This document shows, in pieces, positions 37,510 through 49,278 of a stretch of 64,000 nucleotides of DNA (position 1 is its first letter; each line of letters opens with the position of its first letter). A program made the position numbers and the translations under genes. A model generated the notes under the pieces. It saw only the letters and a program-made list of their open reading frames with translations. It made no database searches and had not been told where the DNA came from. The DNA is from Octopus bimaculoides (Eukaryota), in contig NC_068983.1 in the NCBI RefSeq assembly GCF_001194135.2, forward strand, positions 68,685,437-68,749,436, in the 5' to 3' direction.

Positions 37510-38229
37510 TCATTGGACACTAAACTCCACTTGTGAAGACCTGTTGAGGCAAGTGAAATCGAAATCGTCATGGCACCTGTGCCCAACGTCGCCTTCCTGG
37601 CACTTGTGCCGGTGGCATGTGTAAAGACATTTGAGCGAGATCGTTGCCAGTGCCGCTGGACTGGCTCCTGTGCAGGTGGCACATAAAATACACCATTTTG
37701 AGCGTGGCCGTTGCCAGTACCGCCTGACTGGCCTTCGTGCCGGTGGCACGTAAAAGCACCCACTACACTCTCGAAGTGGTTGGCGTTAGGAAGGGCATCC
37801 AGCTGTAGAAACTGCCAAATCAAATTGGAGCCTGGTGTAGCCATCTGGTTTCACCAGTCCTCAGTCAAATCNNNNNNNNNNNNNNNNNNNNNNNNNNNNN
37901 NNNNNNNNNNNNNNNNNNNNNNNNNNNNNNNNNNNNNNNNNNNNNNNNNNNNNNNNNNNNNNNNNNNNNNNNNNNNNNNNNNNNNNNNNNNNNNNNNNNN
38001 NNNNNNNNNNNNNNNNNNNNNNNNNNNNNNNNNNNNNNNNNNNNNNNNNNNNNNNNNNNNNNNNNNNNNNNNNNNNNNNNNNNNNNNNNNNNNNNNNNNN
38101 NNNNNNNNNNNNNNNNNNNNNNNNNNNNNNNNNNNNNNGGTGAAACCGGATGGCAACACCAGGCTCCAATCTAAATTTGGCAGAGTTTCTACAGCTGGAT
38201 GCCCTTCCTAACGCCAACCACTCAGAGAG
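37510..38229. mobile_element. Young RTE 3'UTR copies on either side of an N gap (+ ~37510-37871; - 38139-38229)
   Basis: Same tail family, in opposite orientations across the gap 37872-38138. Confidence 0.8.
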
Positions 38230-38236
38230 TGCATGT

Positions 38237-38430
38237 ATATTTTTATTAATATCTAACCGAAGTAACACAGTGACTCAAGGTCCAGGAGTTTCGTGTGTTG
38301 GCACTTACCAAAATAAGTCACAGGGTTTAAACACAGGCCTTCGAACTGTGACGGCTTTGATGAGTGCCAACGCACGAAACTCTCGGACCTTGAGTCACTC
38401 TGTTACTTTGCTAATTATCAATAAAAATAT
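38237..38430. mobile_element. 194-bp palindromic (fold-back) element whose arms carry a hammerhead-like core
   Basis: agtaacacagtgactcaaggtccaggagtttcgtgtgttggcact (from 38261) is the near-perfect reverse complement of agtgccaacgcacgaaactctcggaccttgagtcactctgttact (to 38407). Outer atatttttattaata/tatcaataaaaatat and inner gtcacag/ctgtgac also pair. Confidence 0.75.
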
Positions 38431-38538
38431 ATTTTGAGTTCTATTTTTCCTGTTTGCATCAACACATCTTTTTTTGATGAGCTCTATCGACAAACTCGAA
38501 TGTGAGCATGAAGAATTATCATCTACTGTACTCAATGA

Positions 38539-38909
38539 GTGGAGGCGCAATGGCCCAGTGGTTAGGGCAGCGGACTCGCGGTTTCGATTCCCAGACCGGG
38601 CGTTGTGATTGTTTATTGAGCGAAAACACCTAAAGCACCACGAGGCCCCGGCAGGTGATGGTGGCGAACCTTGCTGTACTCTTCCACCACAACTTTCTCT
38701 CACTCTTACTCCCTGTTTCTGTTGTACCTGTAATTCAAAGGGCCAGCCTTGTCACACTGTGTCACGCTGAATATCCCCGAGAACTACGTTAAGGGTACAC
38801 GTGTCTGTGGAGTGCTCAGCCACTTGCACGTTAATTTCACGAGCAGGCTGTTCCATTGATCGGATCAACTGGAACCCTCGATGTCGTAAGCGACGGAGTG
38901 CCAACAACA
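38539..38909 (+). mobile_element. tRNA-derived SINE family A with TSD
   Basis: Near-identical to 24327-24710. TSD GTACTCAATGA at 38528-38538 and 38910-38920. 14-nt deletion in the head. Confidence 0.9.
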
Positions 38910-40003
38910 GTACTCAATGAAAAATATCTGTCTGTCTGTCTACACAGACACACATAAACATTAGTGAAAAACAATTTCTAAACAAAAGAACCGAGAGTCA
39001 CTTTCAGATCCCCAAATTTCTCTACTACAGTAGTGTAGTATTTAAAGGCCTATAATTACAGCATTACCTTTCAGAAAGAGAAGAAACTGAATTAAATATC
39101 CTCTAAATTTAAAGGGCCCCCAAGCTTACTTGTTCCTAGTATCACACCCACATGAAGAATGTTATAAATCTGGGTAGAACAGCTGTTACTATCTTGCCGA
39201 TGCATCCAATAATGGTGCTAATGCATGCATAGATTGATTGATTGTTTGAGGTTATGATGTACAGTGGAGATGACAGAGAAGTAAACTGTCCACTAAAAGC
39301 ATTGTCTTGATGGCTTGAACAACATAAAAAACGAACTTGTGCATATACGTGTATGTGTTTGTATTACATTGTCGCCCTCCTCAGACTGCGTTGGACCCCA
39401 TGTGATAACGCAACAGTGGGAGTCAGGAATTAAATGTTATTAACAATAAGAGCCGAAACCTGAACGGTAGAATTGTCGTGTATTGAACGTATCCACCTTT
39501 ATATCTTGTATCTTTTACCTGTTTCAAGTCATTAGACTGCGGCCATACTGGAGCACCGCCTTGAGGAATTTTAGTCGTATTAATCGACCCACTACTTATT
39601 TTCTTTCTAAGCTTAGTACTTATTCTATCGGTTACTTTTGCCGAACTGCCAAGTTACGGGGACGTAAACACACCAATTGTTAAGTGGTGGTTGCGCGCGC
39701 TCGTACACACAATCTAGTAGTTCAGTGTCTATTTTTCCATGCATGGGTCAAGCAAAAATTGTTGAAGCTGATGTTTCTATTGCGGTTGTTCTTCCTGTAC
39801 CCAGGTCTCCTTTATTTCGATGGTACTTTGAATAACGAACACAGCTCAATAGCTACACATACTTTCACACAGAACATTGTAAACAAATGTCACGATTTGA
39901 GTCGTAACTTCGTGTATTATCAGTGCGCAAACATCACGGCAGAGACACAAGCACACAGATCACCCCCACCACACCACACCACATACATGTATGTGTGTGC
40001 GAT

Positions 40004-40037
<34 letters not shown>

Positions 40038-40673
40038 GTGATAATGAAGGCGGCTGTACGTAATGTAAAACCAAAAAGGAAAAATTTAGTTGTCACTAAT
40101 TGTGACTGACGGTGCAGGGTACCACTTACATTGCTAGAAATAAAGAGTTAAAATACCTTAACCGCAAGGAGGCACAGTTACATTCACCGGCAGGGGGAGA
40201 TAACCGCATCACAGTGAGCAAGATCAGTATACTAGTCTAGTTTCGCTTAAAAATTAAAGCTCATCAATGGTCATTACTGTATCGCTGTATAGTTTGACTA
40301 AATCCTGAGTGTCCGTATTTGGCATATGAATCTCTTTTTGATTCGGCAAAATGGGAATGGGAAAATTATAAAATAACGAAAGTGGCTCTAAACAATATAA
40401 AACCAAAAAGGACGCGCATTCCACCATTATGGTTGTTTGGAACCCCTAGAATAGGTATTCCAAATGCTTAGCCACAACGGATCATCAGGGATCATATTGC
40501 ATTAAGTTGCTGATAGCTATGTCTCATTGTTAACATTTATTCTGTAGTTTACAACTGTTAATACTACTTGGTATAGAAGCTACTTAATATCTATACAGAA
40601 AGCAAACTGGATTATGAATATCAACGTGAGCTCTAAACATGACAGTCGTACGTCCACTTGAACCCACAATTTC

Positions 40674-40737
<64 letters not shown>

Positions 40738-41050
40738 GCATATGTAAATATATGCATGTATATATATGTAGTGGCTGTGTGGTAAGTACCTTGCTTACCA
40801 ACCACATGGTTCCGGCTTCAGTCCCACTGCATGGCACCTTGGGCAAGTGTCTTCTACTATAGTGGATTTGGTAGACGGAAACTGAGAGAAGTCCATCGTA
40901 TATATGTATATATATGTGTTTGTAGTCCTGGGGTCGATTTGCCCGACTAAAAGGTGGTGCTCCAGCATGGCCGCAGTCAAATGACAAACAAAAGAATGTA
41001 TGTATATATATACATATGTATATATATATGTGTGTGTGTGTATATATATG

Positions 41051-41090
<40 letters not shown>

Positions 41091-41176
41091 GATATATATA
41101 TATATATACTATGATTGACCGTTGACTGAACACTATTCAATTTCTTTTCTCCGTGTTTTTCTCCTTGTCTCCGTAT

Positions 41177-41213
41177 TCTTTCTGTTGAAGAGCGTAGCTC
41201 GAAACATTAAAGA
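41177..41213 (+). ncRNA. Minimal type I hammerhead-like ribozyme motif (A6U variant)
   Basis: TCTTT-CTGTTGA-A-GAGC(GTA)GCTC-GAAAC-ATT-AAAGA. Stem I TCTTT/AAAGA 5 bp perfect, stem II 4 bp perfect. Stem III AACATT is one CpG transition from the palindrome AACGTT. Confidence 0.6.
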
Positions 41214-41939
41214 CTTTCCGTATTCCCGAGCGTCATACTAATACATCCTTTTGTTGTTTACACCACCTGTCCTCGTCTGTTGTTGTTTTTTCGTACATTC
41301 TCCCATATATATATAAGGCATTGGATAAATACCTGACAGTTGCAAATTCCAGTGCGTCGGCAGTGGACGTTTCCAATTGGCTAAAAATACATAATTGTAA
41401 CTTTTTAATAATTAATTTTTAGGGAAAATAAATGTAATTTTCGTGCCCGGCATGCAAAACTACTTCAGTGTAGAAAATTTGAAAAATTCTGGTGGTTATT
41501 TGGAGAGAGTTAAGAAATATCCAAATTTGGTACTTACTCTATTTGTCTTTATTTTGATGAGATGTTAAGTTACAAGGATGTTAACAAACAAACTCCACTT
41601 GTCAAGTGGTGTCACATAAAGACAAGTTACGGAGACACAACAAGCACGTAAACACATGTATATATACGATGGGGTTCCACACAGTTTCCGTCTAATTCTC
41701 TTAAAGAATTAGTCAGGCCAGGGTCATAGTGGAGAGCACTTGTCAAAGTGCGGCACAATGAGACTGAACCTGAAACCACATAGTTTCGAAGCTAATTTAT
41801 CTACACAGCCGCGTTTACATTAATTCATTATATATCACCAGGAAATACTAAAATACTACGCTATAGCGTATAGTACGATACAACGATTCAATACAAAATA
41901 GTATACCACGACAATATACGTCCATCCAACTACCCTCTT

Positions 41940-42550
41940 CCGCTGACTATTCTTAGGAGATGGTGGCACTTCTTCCATAGGGTCCTATCAGAAGCAATTT
42001 ACGGTTGGATTCCTAAGCGTGACCTACTTAGCCTATGGATATCCAACCATCTCGTTTTTGGTCTCCTGCCGATTGTCTTGGCTTGAAGAATCCATCATGT
42101 AATACTTTCTTTTGACATTCTGCTCACATGTCCGTACTACCAGATGTTCTGATCTCACAATGCAGATAAGTAGCGGCTCGGCCTGGAGAGACCCCTTGGT
42201 CTCTGAGCTATGCACCCGCTTGTTTTTTGCAATCATACTTTTTAGGCATTACCCAACAATCATGACATAGCTGAGGATAGGTACGAAAACTGGTTTGGCT
42301 TTTTATTTATTAATTTTTTTTTTCTGTACGACCCCCCCCCCCCNNNNNNNNNNNNNNCCCCCCCTTGAGGATCGAATCTTGGAGGTTGTGCAATTCTCGT
42401 ATCCAATTCAGCCTCCTGCTTCCAATCACTCGTGAATGCGGCTCCAAGATACTTCAACTTCTCCATTCGTCTCAAGTGATGTGACACTGACATGCAGAAC
42501 GCAGTTGGAAAACGTTCTTGAGAGGACCAATGTCTCAGTCTTCGCACTTC
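41940..42550 (-). mobile_element. 3' fragment of a third RTE-clade LINE family
   Basis: Minus-strand EKLKYLGAAFTSDWKQEAELDTRIAQ (RTE KYLG region) followed by a RPKTRWLD-like end. Homologous to 31700-32385. Confidence 0.8.
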
Positions 42551-44124
42551 ACAATATTACATTACACAATCAGACGTCGAGCTGGCAGAATCGTTAGCAC
42601 TCTGGGCAAAATGCATAGTGGTATTTCATCCGTATTTACGTTCTGAGTTCAAATACCACCGAGGTCTTTTCGGGTGTTGTTAAAATAAGGACCAGTTGAG
42701 CACTGGGGTCGATGTAATTGACTTACACTCTCCCTCAAAATTTGAAACCAATGTTACATTACATAATATATAAGATTATAATACCACACTGCATTGCATA
42801 GAAATACACAGATCTCAAAACTGCACCACACAACCATTCAATACCACATTACACTTTAATATTCTACATTATACTAACTAATGAAGTAGCCTCTACGTGG
42901 TCGCGCAACGTATTAGAAACAGCAGCCAAATCTCTAATATTCCATTTTACTATCTTAAAAAAAAAAACAAAAAAAGTTTGGTTTGTGTAGTCTGGGTAAC
43001 GCTGCCTGAATACAAAACTGGGATGATCATAGCTGGAATGTCTTTGACCCTAAGTTTACTTAATCAGGGATTAGACAGCAGCGGTGACACCACAATGTAT
43101 CATACCAAACACTACCATGCTATACCTGTACATTAAATGAATGAGTCTTCATCATTTTCACGATGAGTATTCAGTTGTTCAGTCGGTCAACTGAACTTAA
43201 CTGAATTAGTGTGTAAATGGTTGAATATTCCACAGACGCGTATACACTTTAATGTAATTTTCAAGTGACGGACTGTGGGATGGCTGGATCTTTAAATTAC
43301 GGGTATAACCCCTCCGTCGGGCATCCGCACAATTTCCGTCTGCTCTGTTTTACTCACGAAGTTTTGCTCAACTCAAAGCTATGGTAAAGATTTCTCCAGC
43401 TGCTGGGCCGTGGATATTTTTCTACTGGGCCGCACAAAAAGAATGAATCTTAAAGCTGTATTTCTATTTTGACGATCACAGTCTGTTGGGTGATTTTGCA
43501 TTAAATATGTCTGTATGTAAATGTATTATATAATTAAAGTATGTATTATACATTTTATTGTATTTTGTTATGCACGTGATCCCCTGGTTTGTAGAAAAAT
43601 TGTCTTGCATGAAACCGTTTTGTGATGCAAAAGAGGTTGTGGAGCGCTGGTAAAAGGCACTTAAAGTGTTACGCAATAGGATGGAACTCGGGATCTTGTA
43701 ATTACGAAGTAAATTTTCACCATTCGTTCTTCTCACGCTGTACTACACTACAATTATATTGCATAATACGTTATACTAGTTCGTGGTTCTCAAACTGACA
43801 TATTAGCCTCACAAAAAATATTAGTGAAAATGGTCTCTGGTTCTTTATTAACAGAAAGACGTTAGAATTTACACCCATCTTATTTTTTCTTCGTTATTAT
43901 AGACAAATTCAAGCGCGCCTATATGTATGTATGTATATGATAAAAGAATCCATCGAAGAATGGAGTTAGCAAATTATGTTTATTGCTCAGTTTACAATTG
44001 TTTCGTCGATTTCCATTACAACCAGCCTTGCATCATGTCGTTATCATGTCAATAATAACTGATTTATTTTCATGCACTCTGCTCGGCGGAATCAACTCAG
44101 AAGGACGTCTCAAGACGCAATTCA

Positions 44125-44162
<38 letters not shown>

Positions 44163-47100
44163 TGGAAATTTGTCTGTCTCCTTTTCAGTCCTGACAGCAT
44201 TTACTTCTCTGAGAACAGCTTTATTATACCACACAACAGTATTGTATGGTTGTCATATAAATCTATAGCAAAAATTGAACTCCTGGGGAATCGAGTCTAC
44301 GATCAAGTTTCGAGTCCCGCCACAATTTAACCGATGCCATACTCGAACTGAGAAAGCCACGAATGTCACATGATTTCACATCACTCTGTTATATTTCATC
44401 AGTGTATTTTCGCAACAACAAAAAAGAAAAAAGTGCTTACAACTAAAACGAGTCAACGAGGGGGATACAGGGATCAGGGTTTCAGCAGAAGTGCGGAAAC
44501 GAGGGCAACAGGAACAAGTCTGAAAATCAGTTGGAATGATATAGTTAGAATGTTGTGATCATTTTCTCTATCTGGACTGACCTAGGGTTAAATTACAACA
44601 GTAGCAATGCTCTCAGCTATAGCAAAAAAGAAAAAAAAACAAGTAATATCAACAGTCAACAATAACAACAATAATAGTTACTTTCGCCCTCCCATTTCCC
44701 TGTACCGCCACCAACACTCCCTATGTTGTTTTTGTAATAAGAACAGCAACATTAACATTAATTATTGTCCTCAAATGTCAATATGTTGGCAATGATGGAG
44801 ACATTAAACAGTAAACTGTTCATCTAATTCTATGTCATCTGGTACAACAACAACAGCAGAACCACGACGACTATAGAAGTAGCTATAACAACTATAATTG
44901 TAATAACTGAACAATAACAACATAATCACCAATAATACTGACATCATAATACCAAAAAAAAAAAAAACACGCCAACTCGTCGGCACCCCATCCATCACTC
45001 TCAATCCTTCATTAGCATTTTCAGTTACTCTACCGCCATCCACCCATCACAAACAAGACCACCATCGCCAACAACAGCAATAACAACAACACTTTCGAGC
45101 TCCCTATCAACAACACAATTAGCACAATCAACATAGAGACCTCTACGTAATTGATCGTCCTGCTAGAACATGTTACACTATATAGTTCTAGATATAAAAA
45201 GATGTGATGGTCAAAGCTAGAAATTCCATGACCGTGGGTCTTCTCAGTCCAGACTAACCAATAACAACAACATAAGTTCAGTTATGTCCTACATAGGCTA
45301 AGTAGCAACAACAATATTAACAACAGTCCCTGCAACAATAATAGTCATACAAAACGATTACCCTAACCCACTGGAAGCGTGTGGCATAGTAGTTTGGATA
45401 TTGCACTCACGATTGTGAGATAACGGTTTCGATTCCCGGACCGGGCGGTGAGTTGTGTTCCTAATAGAATCACTTCATCTCACGGTGCGCTGCGATCACT
45501 TCGACATCTGATGTGTGACACACCGTGCACCTGTTCAGACAACGTCAATTTGATGGCGGGAGTGAACTCATCTACATCACAAACATTTGATCGCTGTAAA
45601 CAAATCTGTGCACAAGAAATTGTTGAACCCTCATCTCTGTCGCCTACAAGACAGTCTACTAGTCTACGACATCCTAACCACTAATAACATCAGAACAATA
45701 CACGCAGAAAACCCCCCATCGTTAATAGCAGTACCATCAACATCACTAACAATACCACCAATACCATCATACTGTTAACAACTACAATGCCTTAATATAA
45801 CATTCACATTGCAGCAATACAAGAACCAATGCTTCAATACCAATATAGGGTCCCATGAAATCCATAATCACACCTTTATAAAACAGGACATGCTAAACTA
45901 TGGTAGAAATCTTATACTTAAAAACTATGCATTTAATACATTGATACCGCAAATGATACTGAAAAGGTATGATAATATACCATGCAAATATTATACGTAA
46001 GACCCCGAAATCTATAAATATAATAAACATATTTACGATATTTATGAATATAATACATACATATCACCCGTCTCACCAGACGACACTTTTCATTCAACAA
46101 CAACACAACGCATGTATACGTATTATTGGAGAGGTTTCAACATAGAACATCTTTGTATAAAACATTACAAATAATCTGAGAGACATTTTATATCTAAATT
46201 CCCTGTTAAAACGACAAAATACCTTACATCTCAATTGACTTTGGCCAGTTTCTTCCATTTGGTACTAGAAAAGCAATAGATACCACAATTTAAAACCCAC
46301 AAGGTTTGACAAAGTCACAAATGTATATCTAAAACGCACTAATCTTGAAGGAATTATCATTCATCAGCATCTTCAATTCCCCTTGCACACATTACCAAAT
46401 CCCCGAACTCTGGAAGAAAAAAAATCATCACACAGACACCTCCATTACATATCCCTAAACTCCAGAAACACTGACCTTCGATATCGCCAACCACACACTT
46501 CTTTTTCCAATTCTCAATATTCTGGCCACTGTACACTATCCACGCTACTAACGAAGGTATCTCTCCAGAGTCACTTGACATGTTAGAAATAGCAGCCAAA
46601 TTCTTCCTAACAACACACTCTACCATCTTTAAAAAAAAGCATATTTTCGATAATGTAGTTCTGTTTTCATGGCTTGAGGAAAAGATGGGATGGTCATAGC
46701 TGGAAAATATTCGATTATAGATCTGTTCAATCAGGGCTGGCCTGGCGCTCAATAACAACGAGCAACAGCTTCCATTTAACTCCTAAACATCACACAAAAG
46801 ATCACGGCGGTTTCAGANNNNNNNNNNNNNNNCCACAAAAAAAAACCTTTCATTCTTACTAGTATCGAAATCATCAAAACATTTAAGTCCATTTTCCGCC
46901 ATCCGCTTATAAAGCAAGCGGATAAATATCTTCAGAAATAAAAATATCAGGCTGGCGAACTGTTTTCTGAAATCGTCAAACATATGTACCGTATATTAGA
47001 ACATCTAGAATGTGTAATTTTCCGAGCAATGTACTACAAGAATCCCTCCACTCACCCAAGTTAAAAAAAATTATACCTATCCAACCTTCCCACATCTCCG

Positions 47101-47299
47101 CGAAACATGCGTACTATGTGAGGTATACTGTGAAAGTCACATCCCTTTACTATTCCCCAGACACGTCTGTACAACTACATTAAACTCATAGGAACCTGGT
47201 TCGTAATAAATAGCCTAAATCTAACTTTAACGAAGCCACTATTTACCTTCTTAACAGCAACACTAAAGACTATTGAATACAAGTTCGCATACTTAACAT

Positions 47300-47740
47300 A
47301 ACACCATCAGCTTGTCTCAAGTGAAGCAGCTTTGGCTCAAGTATGGACCAAGGTCGAGCATTTGGTACCTGAAATGTTACCCGGATTCATTTCAATCTAG
47401 TTGCAGATCAACGCGACCGATGGAACATCTCCCCTTCCATTCTAAATAGGACAAGTGGAGGAAAAGTATGAGCGATTCTGGTCGTTGACGAGGTCCGCCT
47501 GAGTTGTCTCTTTGGGATGGCATTCAAGTCAAGGATTATGGACATTCTCCTGTTGGCGTGGTAGTATAAAAAGGGCTATTTCATGTTGGAGGAAGACTCT
47601 ACAGGAATATAAGTGTTTCTAACCTGCACGCTGGGCTGCGACACCTTGTACGCACTTGTTCAGTGTCTATCCATTGCTGATTTGTGGGTTTGTGTCGAAC
47701 AGCTGCTCTTACGTGCAAGACGAATTTGAAATCTCAGTTT
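47300..47740 (+). mobile_element. Degenerate Tx1/L1-clade non-LTR retrotransposon C-terminal (zinc-knuckle) fragment
   Basis: Frame pieces MDILLLAW*, RLYR, and TCTLGCDTLYALVQCLSIADLWVCVEQLLLRARRI resemble the CxxC...HALxxC...LWxxVEQLL region of Tx1-type ORF2 as I recall it. No database check was possible. Confidence 0.5.
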
Positions 47741-47880
47741 TTGTATTCGATACTTTAATTGCCCACTAATACTATGAGCCCTTGTGGTCAATAAATTATG
47801 ATTATAACCCCTACCATATTTCATGTAACTTGTCTTTGCAATGACCCCGATAGCCGACAACTGGGAGTAAATAAAAAAAT

Positions 47881-47937
<57 letters not shown>

Positions 47938-47947
47938 CCACCTCTCT

Positions 47948-49158
47948 CTCTGGGGGAGGCAGTGCACTGAGTGACATCGCTGTGTTACTTCGCAAGTGAA
48001 ATTTGTGTGTTTGTGATCACGTGTATGCTGTAGTCTGCGATTTTGTCATGGAACAAAGAGCCAATGTGAAATTTTGCGTTAAACTCGGGAAGTCTGCTAC
48101 ACAGACATTGAGCATGCTCCGGCAAGCTTACAGCGACGAGGCAACGGGTCGGACGCATTGTTTTGAGTGGCACGGGTGCTTCAAAAACGGAAAAACGTCC
48201 CTGGAAGACGGTGAGCGTCACTCCCGGAAATGTGGAGAAAATTCATCAGCTTGTACATGAGGATCGTCGGAGGACAGTCAACGACATTGCCAATGTAGTT
48301 GGTCTGTTGTATGGGTTCATGCAAGCAATCCTAACGTTTAAATGAACATGCGATGTGTCTCTGCCAAGTTTATTCCCCGCCTGATGACCACTGTGTACAA
48401 AGAATACCGCATCGAAGTCTGTAAAGATCTCCGTCAGCGTGCCACTGATGACCCATTCTTCATAACAAGGATTATCACCGGTGACGAGAGTTGGGCCTAC
48501 GGGTACGACCTTGAGGCGAACAGCAGTCCTCACAATAGAAGAGCCCTTCATCACTACGACCAAAGAAAGCCCGTCTAAGCCTCAGCTCAATCAAGAGAAT
48601 GCTCATAATTTTTTTCGACATCCGCGGTATTGTGCATCGAGAATACGGCCTCCAGGACCAGACCATAAATCGAGAGTTCTGCTACGACGTTTTGAAGCGT
48701 TTGAGGGAGGAGATTAGGCGAAAGCAACGGGATCCGTGGAGCGCGACGAATTGGATTCTTCACGATAACAACGGACCTTGTTACTGAGCTCTCCTCACTC
48801 GTGAGTCTCTTGCACCCGTCCTATTCGCCAGATTTAGCAGATGTGGTATCGCTTCCGCACCCGTCCTATTCACTAGATTTAGCAAATGTGGACTTCCATC
48901 TCTTCCCCAAGATGAAAATGCAACTCAAAGGTCGCTGTTTTAACACCGTTGTCGAGATCAAGAGCGAATCGCAGAAGGTCCTCGACTCGCTTACGGAAAA
49001 CGATTTCCAGGCCAGATTCCAAAAGTGGCAGGAATGCTGGGACCGGTGTATTGCTGCGCAAGGTAACTATTTAGAAGGAGACAATATTAAAACTTAGTTA
49101 AATAAGTTATTTTCTATTAAACATAACTAGTCCGGGAACCTTTTGACACTACCTCTTA
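47948..49158 (+). mobile_element. Mariner transposase pseudogene (D,D34D) with 3' TIR; 5' TIR not found
   Basis: ATG at 48048, MEQRANVKFCVKLGKSATQTLSMLRQAY.... Motifs ITGDESW, LHDNNGP, HPSYSPDLA, DFHLFPKMK...RWDRCI-like end at 49097. TIR-like aactagtccgggaaccttttgacactacctct plus TA at ~49125-49158. Several frameshifts. Confidence 0.92.
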
Positions 49159-49222
49159 AGTTGTGTTATTTTGTTGGGTGGTATTTGTAGTTTGTATTTA
49201 CTATGTGACTAGTCTTAGTAGT

Positions 49223-49278
<56 letters not shown>

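Noticed and set aside
37790-38229. Inverted RTE tails facing each other across a gap as a real palindrome
   Set aside because: The junction is inside Ns, so a collapsed or mis-oriented repeat cannot be excluded.
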